From Anaerolineales bacterium (lineage in GTDB: Bacteria; Chloroflexota; Anaerolineae; Anaerolineales; UBA6663), in assembly GCA_034434015.1 (NCBI GenBank), contig DAOUAB010000111.1, positions 2,208-66,207 on the forward strand: a stretch of 64,000 nt of DNA, in the 5' to 3' direction. The translations under genes were made by a program, and so were the position numbers. The notes under the pieces are model-generated. The model saw only the letters and a list, made by a program, of their open reading frames with translations, was not told the DNA's origin and searched no databases. Shown one piece after another: positions 45,680 through 54,421 of the stretch; positions within the stretch are counted from its first letter, which is position 1, and each line of letters begins with the position of its first letter.

Positions 45680-47209
45680 ATGAGTGATCTGGCGCTTCGC
45701 GTGGATGGGTTGGGGAAGCTTTATCGGCTGGGAGCCCACGACCCTTACCAGGACCTGCGCCTGTCCGCCTGGGACGCCCTCCGCCGCGCCAAACGCCGGC
45801 TGTGGCGCCAGCCTCCACCGCCGCCTCGGACGCCGGAAGGCCCGGGCCTGCTCTGGGCCCTGCGCGAGATTTCCTTCGAAGCCCGATACGGTGAGGCCAT
45901 CGGCATCATCGGAAGAAACGGGGCGGGCAAAAGCACCCTGCTCAAGATCCTCGCGCGCATCACCAAGCCGACCCGTGGCTTTGCGGAGATCTATGGCCGG
46001 TTGGGGGCGCTCCTGGAGGTGGGCACCGGCTTCCACCCCGAGCTCACCGGGCGAGAGAACATTTACCTGAACGCTGCGATCCTGGGTCTGAAGAAGGCCG
46101 AGATCACCCGGCGCTTTGACGAAATCGTCGAGTTTGCTGAGCTGGAGCAGTTCATCGATACCCCTGTCAAGCACTACTCCAGCGGTATGTTTGCCCGGCT
46201 GGCCTTCTCCGTGGCTGCGCATCTCGACCCTGAGATCCTCATCGTAGATGAAGTGCTGTCGGTGGGCGATGCGGCCTTCCAGCGTAAGTCTCTGGGCAAG
46301 ATGGAGGGAGTCATGCGCCAGGGCCGGACCGTGCTGTTTGTCAGCCACAGCCTGCCCTCCGTCGTGGCATTTTGCAGTCGCTGCCTGTGGCTGGACCAAG
46401 GGCGCCTGGTCCGGGATGGCCCCTCAGCGGAGGTAACGAAGGAGTATCTGGACGCCTCGGCGGTTGTCGCCAGCTCGCCCGCGGCCGAGCCCGCCCAGGT
46501 GACGACGCTGTACCGACCCGCCGGGGACAACGGAGCTCAAGTTGGGCAACCGATGCAGGACGACGCGGACTCAGGCGATGGGATAGACCGCCGGCCAGGG
46601 GCGGCGCCCCTCCTGGGTGCCACACTGCCGACCGAGGTGATCTATCAGCCTCGAGCCGAGGCCGAGCAGACTTCGGAGGAGACCCGCGAGTCTATGCGGC
46701 GGGGCGAGCGCTACGGCAATGGCAAAGCCCGCTTTGTCACTTTGCGCATCACACCGTTGGGGCCGGATGGCCGGCCGCGGCCGGCTTTCCTGACCGGCTA
46801 CGATTTGAAAGTTGAGGTGACGCTGACCGCCTTCGCGCGCATTCGCGAGGCCAACGTCGCCCTGGTTGTTTATGATCTGTCGGGCTTTCGAATCATTGAC
46901 GTCAGTACGGCGCTGATGGATCAGTATGTTTCGCTCAAGCCTGGCCAGACAGCCGAGGTCTGCTTCGTGCTCCATCATGTCTTGCTGCGGCCTGATACAT
47001 ACCGTCTGCTGTTGTGGGTTGGCCGCAAGGATATTGAGGACATTGATGGGCTACCGTTCGCCAGTTCATTGACTGTCGAGGTGAACCCCAATTTGACCCG
47101 GCATTTCCAGATCTTCCCGGGGGTTTACCAATGCGAGTTCACTCAGACGGTCAGACTCTTGGATGGGGCCCCGGCGCCTGCCCCAGCCAGTGGGGCGAGA
47201 GCCTCATGA
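45680..47209 (+). CDS. wzt: Polysaccharide export ABC ATPase (Wzt/TagH-like) with C-terminal Wzt_C-type beta-sandwich domain
   Basis: GRNGAGKST, YSSGMFARLAF and IVDEVLSVGD motifs. About 150-aa C-terminal domain after an acidic linker. An alternative start is at 45659. Confidence 0.85.
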   Translation: MSDLALRVDGLGKLYRLGAHDPYQDLRLSAWDALRRAKRRLWRQPPPPPRTPEGPGLLWALREISFEARYGEAIGIIGRNGAGKSTLLKILARITKPTRGFAEIYGRLGALLEVGTGFHPELTGRENIYLNAAILGLKKAEITRRFDEIVEFAELEQFIDTPVKHYSSGMFARLAFSVAAHLDPEILIVDEVLSVGDAAFQRKSLGKMEGVMRQGRTVLFVSHSLPSVVAFCSRCLWLDQGRLVRDGPSAEVTKEYLDASAVVASSPAAEPAQVTTLYRPAGDNGAQVGQPMQDDADSGDGIDRRPGAAPLLGATLPTEVIYQPRAEAEQTSEETRESMRRGERYGNGKARFVTLRITPLGPDGRPRPAFLTGYDLKVEVTLTAFARIREANVALVVYDLSGFRIIDVSTALMDQYVSLKPGQTAEVCFVLHHVLLRPDTYRLLLWVGRKDIEDIDGLPFASSLTVEVNPNLTRHFQIFPGVYQCEFTQTVRLLDGAPAPAPASGARAS

Positions 47210-48045
47210 ACCTATGGCGACGCTTGTGGTCCACCCTGCGGCTGCCATGGGGGGGTGGCCAGACTTCGGTTCAGAGTTTGCTGGCCGAGGTTGAGGTACT
47301 CCGTCGGACGGTCCAGGCTCAGTCCGAGATGTTGGCCGCCTCAACCCAGATACAGGCCGGGGCGACTCAATGGGCTGAGTTAAGATCGCGCGTGGATCGC
47401 ATCGAAGAGCGGTTATTCAATTACTATCGCAACCGCTGGGATGCGATTGACAACGTTGCGGATTATCTGGTCGGGGCCGAGATCCCGGGCGACTATATGG
47501 AATTCGGTGTTTATAAAGGCACCACCTTTTTTTACGCCTACAAGATCATGGCCCCGCTGTTTCCGCAGATGCGGTTTGTGGCCGCCGACTCATTTGAGGG
47601 CCTGCCGGAGCCGCGTGGCATCGATGCCCAGAACGGCTACACCAGCAGCTTCTGCACCGGGCAGTTCGCCTATTCCGAGGCGGACTTTCAAACCAGCCTC
47701 CGCACCGCCGGTCTGGACCCTGAACGGGTGGTGATCCTCAAAGGCTGGTTTCATGAGACGCTCAACGATGAGACCGCCCGGGCGAACAGGCTGGGCAGGA
47801 TCGCGGTCGCCTGGATCGACTGCGACCTGTACGAGTCGACCATCCCTGTGTTGCGCTTTCTCACGCCACGGTTGTCCGTGGGCTCAGTGGTGATCTTTGA
47901 TGATTGGCGCTGTTTTCGTAACTTGCCCGACTATGGCCAGCAGCGGGCCTGCCGGGAATGGCTGGATGCCAATCCGCAAATTGCGCTGCGCGAGTTTATT
48001 TCCTTCGGCTTTCATGGACAGGCGTTCACGATCAGCGCCTGTTGA
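47206..48045 (+). CDS. TylF (macrocin-O-methyltransferase)-family SAM-dependent O-methyltransferase
   Basis: ATG overlaps the wzt stop (ATGA). IPGDYMEFGVYKGTT and AWIDCDLYEST motifs. Confidence 0.8.
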   Translation: MNLWRRLWSTLRLPWGGGQTSVQSLLAEVEVLRRTVQAQSEMLAASTQIQAGATQWAELRSRVDRIEERLFNYYRNRWDAIDNVADYLVGAEIPGDYMEFGVYKGTTFFYAYKIMAPLFPQMRFVAADSFEGLPEPRGIDAQNGYTSSFCTGQFAYSEADFQTSLRTAGLDPERVVILKGWFHETLNDETARANRLGRIAVAWIDCDLYESTIPVLRFLTPRLSVGSVVIFDDWRCFRNLPDYGQQRACREWLDANPQIALREFISFGFHGQAFTISAC

Positions 48046-48069
48046 GCCTGTCCCGCGACCCGCCGACTG

Positions 48070-49392
48070 ATGGCATCCATACTGCTGGCCCACGTGGCAG
48101 ATTGTCCGCTTTGCCGCGCCCCGGCTTTTGTGCCAACGGGTCAGAGGTTCCGGCTGGCCGACCTCCTGGCTCGTTGGGAGAGTGAGGCGGGCGTAACCTT
48201 CCATCGTGTCGTGTGGGACGAGTATGCCCAGCCTGCCGACCGGCACGTCCGCCTGCATCACTGTCTGAACTGCGGCTTCGGCATGTTTCAGCCTCCTGTG
48301 GAGGGCAGCCGCCAGTTTTACGCCGACGTCACGGCCAAGGAATACTTTGTGACCGACAAGTGGGAATTTCTGGAGGGACTTCAGGACCTGCGGCGTTATG
48401 GCTGCCGGCGTGTGCTCGATGTGGGCTGTGGCAGTGGGGAGTTCCTGGATCAGTTGCGAGCCGAGGGTTTTGAGGCCGTGGGTTACGAATTTTCCCCAGA
48501 AGTGGCCGCTCAGGCGCAGGCCCGCGGCCATCTCGTCTGCCAGGGAGGCTTTCCGCAAGCCGTCCTGGAAGCGACCGGCGGATGGTCGTTTGACGCCGTC
48601 TGTCTTTTTCAGGTGCTCGAGCACACCGGCGATCCCGCTGGCTTGCTGGCGGGCGTGCGCCAACTTGTCCGGCCGGATGGGCTGGTCATAGTGGGAGTCC
48701 CTGATTCCACTGGGCCAATCCGTTTCTTCAGTGGAGCCCTGACCGAGCTGCCGCCCCATCATGTCTCACGTTGGAGTGAGCCGGTATTTCGTGAGGCGAT
48801 GCCGGGCCTGGGCTTCTACGTGGAAAAGGTCGCCCGCGAACCCCTGCCCGACTATCTATGGCAGGCCTATCTACCTTATCTGTGGGAGGCCTCCATCTGG
48901 CCAGCTGAGCTCTGCCGTCAGATCCCCGAGGTCCGGGATCGATTGCCCGTCGATCAGATCCTATGGCTGGTGGACCACCTCAAGCAGCTTGGGGTGCGCT
49001 GGCTGCCGGGTGTCCCCGGCCACAGCCTGTATGTCATATTGCGTTGTGGCGAGGTTGCGCCCCCGCCTGGATCGGACCCGCTTCAGAGCCATATCACAGC
49101 CCTGGTGACCGAGGCGCTGGCAAGGGTCGAACAGCAGCGGGAGGACGCGACGCGCGCCCAGCAGGTCGAGATCATGCTGCGCATCACGCGGCGCGAGCGG
49201 CAGCTGGCCGCACAGGCCGAGCGAGTGCACCAAGCTGAAATCGAGCTGGGCGAGCGGGCGCAGGCGCTGGGGCGGCTGGAGGCGGAGTTGGGCGAGCGGG
49301 CGCAGGCGCTGGGGCGGCTGGAGAGAACCCTTCACACACATTGGGCGGTCCGCCTGGAGCAATGGCTGCGGCGTCTCCGCGGCAAGGCTTAG
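48070..49392 (+). CDS. Class I SAM-dependent methyltransferase with N-terminal Cys4 ribbon and about 100-aa C-terminal coiled coil
   Basis: CPLCRAP...CLNCGF, and SAM motif I VLDVGCGSGEF. The C-terminal heptad-like region contains a duplicated ELGERAQALGRLE(A/R). Confidence 0.75.
   Translation: MASILLAHVADCPLCRAPAFVPTGQRFRLADLLARWESEAGVTFHRVVWDEYAQPADRHVRLHHCLNCGFGMFQPPVEGSRQFYADVTAKEYFVTDKWEFLEGLQDLRRYGCRRVLDVGCGSGEFLDQLRAEGFEAVGYEFSPEVAAQAQARGHLVCQGGFPQAVLEATGGWSFDAVCLFQVLEHTGDPAGLLAGVRQLVRPDGLVIVGVPDSTGPIRFFSGALTELPPHHVSRWSEPVFREAMPGLGFYVEKVAREPLPDYLWQAYLPYLWEASIWPAELCRQIPEVRDRLPVDQILWLVDHLKQLGVRWLPGVPGHSLYVILRCGEVAPPPGSDPLQSHITALVTEALARVEQQREDATRAQQVEIMLRITRRERQLAAQAERVHQAEIELGERAQALGRLEAELGERAQALGRLERTLHTHWAVRLEQWLRRLRGKA
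49243..49326 (+). repeat. In-frame 2 x 42-nt tandem duplication inside the coiled-coil coding region
   Basis: GAGCTGGGCGAGCGGGCGCAGGCGCTGGGGCGGCTGGAGGCG / GAGTTGGGCGAGCGGGCGCAGGCGCTGGGGCGGCTGGAGAGA. By my reading 38 of 42 positions are identical. Confidence 0.85.
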
Positions 49393-49410
49393 GAAGCACG
49401 GACGGCTGAT

Positions 49411-51375
49411 ATGTGCGGGATATGCGGAATCTGGGGAGACGCGGACCGGACAGCGGTCGATGCCATGGTCATGGCCATGCGCCACCGAGGACCGGACGAT
49501 AGCGGTGTGTTTTGTGGGCCTGGTGCCGTGCTGGGCATGACCCGTCTGGCAATCATTGATCTCTCACCGGCGGGCCACCAGCCGATGAGCAACCCGGAGC
49601 GGACGGTCTGGATCGTTTACAACGGCGAGGTGTACAACTTTCAGTCGGAGCGACGACAGCTTGAGGCTCAGGGCGAGTCTTTCGTTTCGCACTCCGACAC
49701 CGAGGTCGTGCTGAAGCTGTACGAGCGCTACGGTGACGATTTCCTCCTGCGCCTGCGTGGGATGTTTGCGCTGGCCATCTTGGATCTGCGCGGGGGGCCA
49801 GGGCGTGAGCGATTGTTGTTGGCGCGGGATCAGGTGGGCATCAAGCCGCTGCTCTATACCTGGGCCGGGAATCGGCTGGTGTTCGCCTCCGAGCTGAAAG
49901 TGCTGTTGGCCAGCGGGCTGGTGCGCCCCGAGATTGACTTCGAGGCCGTGCGCATGCTGTTGACCTACGGTTCCGTTTATCAGCCGCACACCTTGCTGCG
50001 GGGGGTCCAGGCGCTGCTGCCGGCGCACCGCCTGATTGTGGAGCGCGGCCGGACGCGGGTGGAGCGTTACTGGCGTTTCGGTCTGGATCGCCTGGCCGGG
50101 ATGCGGGCGCGCCCATACGCCGAGCTGGTGGAGGCCGTGGCCGGGGCGCTGGAAGAGTCCGTCCGGCTTCAGATGGTCAGCGACGTCCCCATCGGTGCTT
50201 TCCTGAGCGGCGGGATCGATTCGTCCACCCTGGTCGGCCTGATGACGCGCATCGCCGGGCACCGGGTCAAGACCTTTTCGGTTGGTTTCCCGGGTGAAGG
50301 CGCCGCCCTGGACGAAACGGACGAGGCCGAGCGCACGGCTCGATTCTTTGGCGCCGACCACAGCCGTATCGAGGTCAGCGGCCGGGACGTCCGCGACCAC
50401 CTGGATCACTTCGTATCCGGGCTGGACCAGCCCTCGGTAGACGGTCTGAACAGCTACTTCGTCTCCTTGGCCGCGCGCAGGTCCGTCACGGTCGCCATCT
50501 CCGGCACCGGCGGGGACGAGGTCTTCGCCGGTTATCCCTGGTTTGCGCAGATGACGCGCTATGCTCAGCAGCGGCAGGCCCTCATCGAGACAGGCTGGGC
50601 CCGGCTGGCCTCCCTGCCGGCGCTCGATCCGTTTGTGTTTGGGCGTTGGGGGCCCTGGCTGCAACAGGCCCGCGCCGAGGGATTTGTCGCCCGCTATGCG
50701 GGCACCTATCAGATCTTCGGGCCGCTTGGCGCGGCCCGCCTGCTCCACCCACGCTGGCATCTGGCTGCCGGGGCCGGGCGCTCGCCGAGCTACGAGCTGC
50801 GCTTCAACGACGAGCTGCCCGCCGGGGCGGCCGTGGAGCGCGTCAGCGCCCTGTGCCTGCGCGGCTACACCAGCAACCAGCTCTTGCGCGATATTGACGC
50901 CGTGTCCATGTCCCACTCGCTCGAAGTGCGCGTGCCCTTCCTGGATGTGCCCCTCATTGACCTGGCCTTTTCGTTGCCGGCCTCGTCGAAGCTTGGCCCG
51001 GTGGCGGATGGCGTCAACCCCTACACGGCCAGCTATCGTGAGAGCGGCAGCAAGCGCATCCTGGTGGACGCTGGCCGCCGCCTCAAAGTGCTGCCCGACG
51101 ATATTGACCGACAGCCCAAGCGCGGGTTCAGCTTCCCCGTTGATGTCTGGTTGAAACATGAGCTGCGTGAGGTCCTGGAGGAGGCGCTGTCGCCGGAGGT
51201 GGTCCGGGCACGCGGCCTGCTCCAGCCGGCAGCGGTCGCTCGGGTGCGCCGGGATTTCTTGGAAGGCCTGATCCACTGGAGCCAACCCTGGCTCTTGATG
51301 ATTCTCGAACGATGGTGCCACGCCTACATTGACCGGGCGCCGGTCGGTGCAGAGGTCCGTTCAGGCCGCCGTTGA
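49411..51375 (+). CDS. Asparagine synthase (glutamine-hydrolysing)-family amidotransferase
   Basis: N-terminal MCGICGIWG (Ntn Cys2) and PP-loop SGGIDSS. 654 aa. Confidence 0.9.
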   Translation: MCGICGIWGDADRTAVDAMVMAMRHRGPDDSGVFCGPGAVLGMTRLAIIDLSPAGHQPMSNPERTVWIVYNGEVYNFQSERRQLEAQGESFVSHSDTEVVLKLYERYGDDFLLRLRGMFALAILDLRGGPGRERLLLARDQVGIKPLLYTWAGNRLVFASELKVLLASGLVRPEIDFEAVRMLLTYGSVYQPHTLLRGVQALLPAHRLIVERGRTRVERYWRFGLDRLAGMRARPYAELVEAVAGALEESVRLQMVSDVPIGAFLSGGIDSSTLVGLMTRIAGHRVKTFSVGFPGEGAALDETDEAERTARFFGADHSRIEVSGRDVRDHLDHFVSGLDQPSVDGLNSYFVSLAARRSVTVAISGTGGDEVFAGYPWFAQMTRYAQQRQALIETGWARLASLPALDPFVFGRWGPWLQQARAEGFVARYAGTYQIFGPLGAARLLHPRWHLAAGAGRSPSYELRFNDELPAGAAVERVSALCLRGYTSNQLLRDIDAVSMSHSLEVRVPFLDVPLIDLAFSLPASSKLGPVADGVNPYTASYRESGSKRILVDAGRRLKVLPDDIDRQPKRGFSFPVDVWLKHELREVLEEALSPEVVRARGLLQPAAVARVRRDFLEGLIHWSQPWLLMILERWCHAYIDRAPVGAEVRSGRR

Positions 51376-51477
51376 CGTGCGCTCCGGGCTTGTGGCAATG
51401 CGGCTGGCGCAGCGCGTGGAGTGGACGCCTTGCCGCGGGGGGCGATCTCTCTGTCATGGCCCGGCAGCGATTTTCCT

Positions 51478-52746
51478 ATGTCCAATGATTTTGCTCCCGA
51501 TCCTTACCCTGGCCGTCCGAAGATCCTCTTCATCGGCTGGGCTGAGAGTTCGCACACCCACGCTTGGATTGACCTGCTGGCCGGGGCCGAACTCAACGTG
51601 CGCCTGTTCGCGCTGCCTTCGGCCGTGCCGCCTGACACCTGGCGCGTGCGCACGTATGTGACCATTGACCCCCCCGGCCCGCTGGACCCGCACACGCGCC
51701 TCAGGGTATTCCCTCCCAAGTTCCGCCGCGCCGCGCGGCTGCTTCGAAAGATCATGGAGGAGTTCCGGCCCTCAGGGGCTGCGCGCCAGGCTGAACCGGC
51801 CTCTATTGAGCGAGCCCTGGCCGATGTGATTCGGCGCTGGCGGCCCGATGTCATTCACACCCTTGGGTTCGACCCGGCCTCCTACTTCTACCTGCGCACG
51901 CGCCAACAGTTCCGGTTGGCCGGCATCGGCACCTGGGTGGCGCAGGCGCGCGGCGGGCCGGACCTAGCCCTCAGTCGTTACCTGCCCGACGGGCTAGAAA
52001 AGATCCGCAGTGTGCTGGCCGAATGCGACCAGTTCGTTGCCGATAATGCCCCGAATTACGAGTTTGCCCGTTCGGAGGGGTTGGCCCCGGAAAAGTGCTC
52101 CCCGTTGGGGGTCGTGCCCGGCACGGGAGGCATGGACGTCCAGGCGCTGGCTGCGGCCTGGCAGGGCCGGCCCTCGCAGCGCGAACGCTGGATTCTCTGG
52201 CCCAAGGCCTACGAGGCGCCGGCCGCTAAAGCCTTACCCGTCTTCGAGGCCCTCCGGCTCGCCTGGGACCGGATTCGTCCCTGCCGCCTGCATCTGCTGT
52301 GGGTGGTCCAGCCCGAGGTCCGGATGTGGTTTGGCGCGCTTCCCCAGGAGATCCGCGAAAGCTGCTGTCTGTACGATCGGCTGCCGCGCGAGCAGGTTCT
52401 GGAGATGATGCCCCGGGCGCGCGTGCTGCTGGCCCCCTCGCTGACCGACGGCGTTCCCAACAGCCTGCTGGAGGCAATGGCGGCCGGCGCTTTCCCCATC
52501 GTCTCGCCTCTCGAGACGATCACGCCATTGGTGTCCGAGCCTGAAAACGTGCTCTTCGCCCGGAACCTGTATCCGAACGAGGTGGCTGAGGCCCTGGCGC
52601 GGGCCATGAGCGACGACGCGCTGGTGGACGCCGCCGCCGCCCGCAACCTGGCGCTGGTCCGCCGGGTGGCCGATCGCGCCACCATCGGTCCTCGCGTGAT
52701 CGCCTATTACGAGCAGCTCGCCCGCGCGCCACGCGCCCGAGAATGA
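51478..52746 (+). CDS. GT-B glycosyltransferase (GT4-like)
   Basis: ATG at MSNDF (a GTG lies 57 nt upstream in the track). C-terminal PSLTDGVPNSLLEAMAAGAFPIVS (EX7E-like). Confidence 0.7.
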   Translation: MSNDFAPDPYPGRPKILFIGWAESSHTHAWIDLLAGAELNVRLFALPSAVPPDTWRVRTYVTIDPPGPLDPHTRLRVFPPKFRRAARLLRKIMEEFRPSGAARQAEPASIERALADVIRRWRPDVIHTLGFDPASYFYLRTRQQFRLAGIGTWVAQARGGPDLALSRYLPDGLEKIRSVLAECDQFVADNAPNYEFARSEGLAPEKCSPLGVVPGTGGMDVQALAAAWQGRPSQRERWILWPKAYEAPAAKALPVFEALRLAWDRIRPCRLHLLWVVQPEVRMWFGALPQEIRESCCLYDRLPREQVLEMMPRARVLLAPSLTDGVPNSLLEAMAAGAFPIVSPLETITPLVSEPENVLFARNLYPNEVAEALARAMSDDALVDAAAARNLALVRRVADRATIGPRVIAYYEQLARAPRARE

Positions 52747-52753
52747 GGACAGC

Positions 52754-54421
52754 ATGTCCAATGGCCCCTTCTTCTCCATTCTTGTGCCGACTTACAATCA
52801 GGCCCATTACCTGGCTCCCGCGCTCGACAGCCTCCTGGCCCAGACCGAGGCGGATTGGGAGGCCGTCGTCGTGGACGATGGCTCGACTGATGCGACGCCA
52901 GCGGTCCTGGACGAGTACGCCAGGCGCGACGTTCGCATCCGCCCTTTCCGCAAGGCCAACGGCGGCACGGCCTCGGCGCTCAACGCGGCCCTGCGCCAGG
53001 CGCGCGGCCAATGGATATGCTGGCTCAGCTCCGACGACCTGTTCGATCCCCGCAAGCTGGAGATTAACCGCGACTGGATCAAGCGTGACCCGGATTGCCG
53101 CTTCTTCTTCTCGTATTTCCGGTTGCTGCGCGAGGCCACGGGCGAGTTGACCGATCACGACCTGTGGGGGCCGTTGCCCGAGCACGGGTGCCAGATCGTC
53201 ACCCTGTTCTACCGTAACTACATCAGCGGCATCACCATCTGCATCCACCGCGAGTCGTGGCTGGCCGTTGGTGAATTCGATGAGAGCCTGCGCTACGCGC
53301 AGGATTACGATATGTGGCTCCGGCTCCTGGCACGTTATCCGGCTCGCTTCATCCCCGAATGGACGTGCATCAATCGCAATCACCCCGGCCAGGGTTCCGA
53401 AGTCTTCATGCAGGCCTGTTTTTACGATACGGCCAAGGCCGGGATTCGCTTCCTCAACGCCCATCCTTTCCAGGAGTGCTTTCCGGCCTTGAACTGGGCC
53501 GAGCCGGCCCAGGTTCGGCGGGCTGTTGAGAAGACGCTCGAATACGCGACTGAGCCGACCGCCCTGCTGTACTCCCTGGGGCCTCACCCGGCCTTGCTGA
53601 TGCGTCTGGTCGAGTGGGTCTGGACGTATGCCGGGCCAGACGCGGCCGAGTTACGGCTGCGGATCAGACAGCGTTTGAGCGAAGCCGCACGCCAGCACGC
53701 CAGCACGCCGCTCGGGTTCCTCGAGCGGATCATCGCGGCGGCCTGCCAGGGGGACCAGCCTGTGGCCTACGCTCCCACCCGGCCGGACCGCCTCGGGGCG
53801 CTGAGTTACTGGGCGCACCAGTCCGACCCGGCTGCGGCGCAGCCGCTGCTTACTTACCTGCGCCAATTCGAGGGCCTGTATCCCCCGGACTGGCCTGGTC
53901 CGACGAGCACGCGGGAGATCGTGCTCGTGCTTCCGCCAGGCATTCCGTTGGAACTTGTAGCCCCCTCCGGACCACTTCGCCGGGTGTTGGAGATCGCCCA
54001 CTCCCTACAACACGCCGGCTGCCAGGTGGCGCTGGTGGGGCGCGCGAACCAGCGCCTCGGTATCATAGAGGAAGTGATTTACCTCGGTGTCACCGACGAG
54101 CGCGCCGTGCAGGCCACGCTGGCCGCCCTCGCCCCGTTGGACACCTTGATCACGATTGACTATCCGCGCCTGACAGGCTGGCCGCCCTCCGAGCGACAGC
54201 TGGCGCTTTCTCTGCCAGGCGGCGAAGCGCCGTCGGGGAGGGAGATCGCGGCAGAGCTGCTGCGACGGATGGAGGCGCTCCCCGTTCGGGCCCAAGCGGA
54301 TGCGTCTGCCGAGCCCGTCTGGAAATCCTGGGTCCGCAGAGCCCGAGCTTCCATCCCGCGGCCTCTCAAGCGGCTGGCGCGGCGTCTGCTCAACCGGCTG
54401 GCGCCTGATCTGGTGAAATGA
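52754..54421 (+). CDS. Family 2 glycosyltransferase with about 300-aa C-terminal extension
   Basis: FSILVPTYNQAHYL...VVVDDGSTD...LSSDD (GT-A DxD region). Confidence 0.8.
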   Translation: MSNGPFFSILVPTYNQAHYLAPALDSLLAQTEADWEAVVVDDGSTDATPAVLDEYARRDVRIRPFRKANGGTASALNAALRQARGQWICWLSSDDLFDPRKLEINRDWIKRDPDCRFFFSYFRLLREATGELTDHDLWGPLPEHGCQIVTLFYRNYISGITICIHRESWLAVGEFDESLRYAQDYDMWLRLLARYPARFIPEWTCINRNHPGQGSEVFMQACFYDTAKAGIRFLNAHPFQECFPALNWAEPAQVRRAVEKTLEYATEPTALLYSLGPHPALLMRLVEWVWTYAGPDAAELRLRIRQRLSEAARQHASTPLGFLERIIAAACQGDQPVAYAPTRPDRLGALSYWAHQSDPAAAQPLLTYLRQFEGLYPPDWPGPTSTREIVLVLPPGIPLELVAPSGPLRRVLEIAHSLQHAGCQVALVGRANQRLGIIEEVIYLGVTDERAVQATLAALAPLDTLITIDYPRLTGWPPSERQLALSLPGGEAPSGREIAAELLRRMEALPVRAQADASAEPVWKSWVRRARASIPRPLKRLARRLLNRLAPDLVK

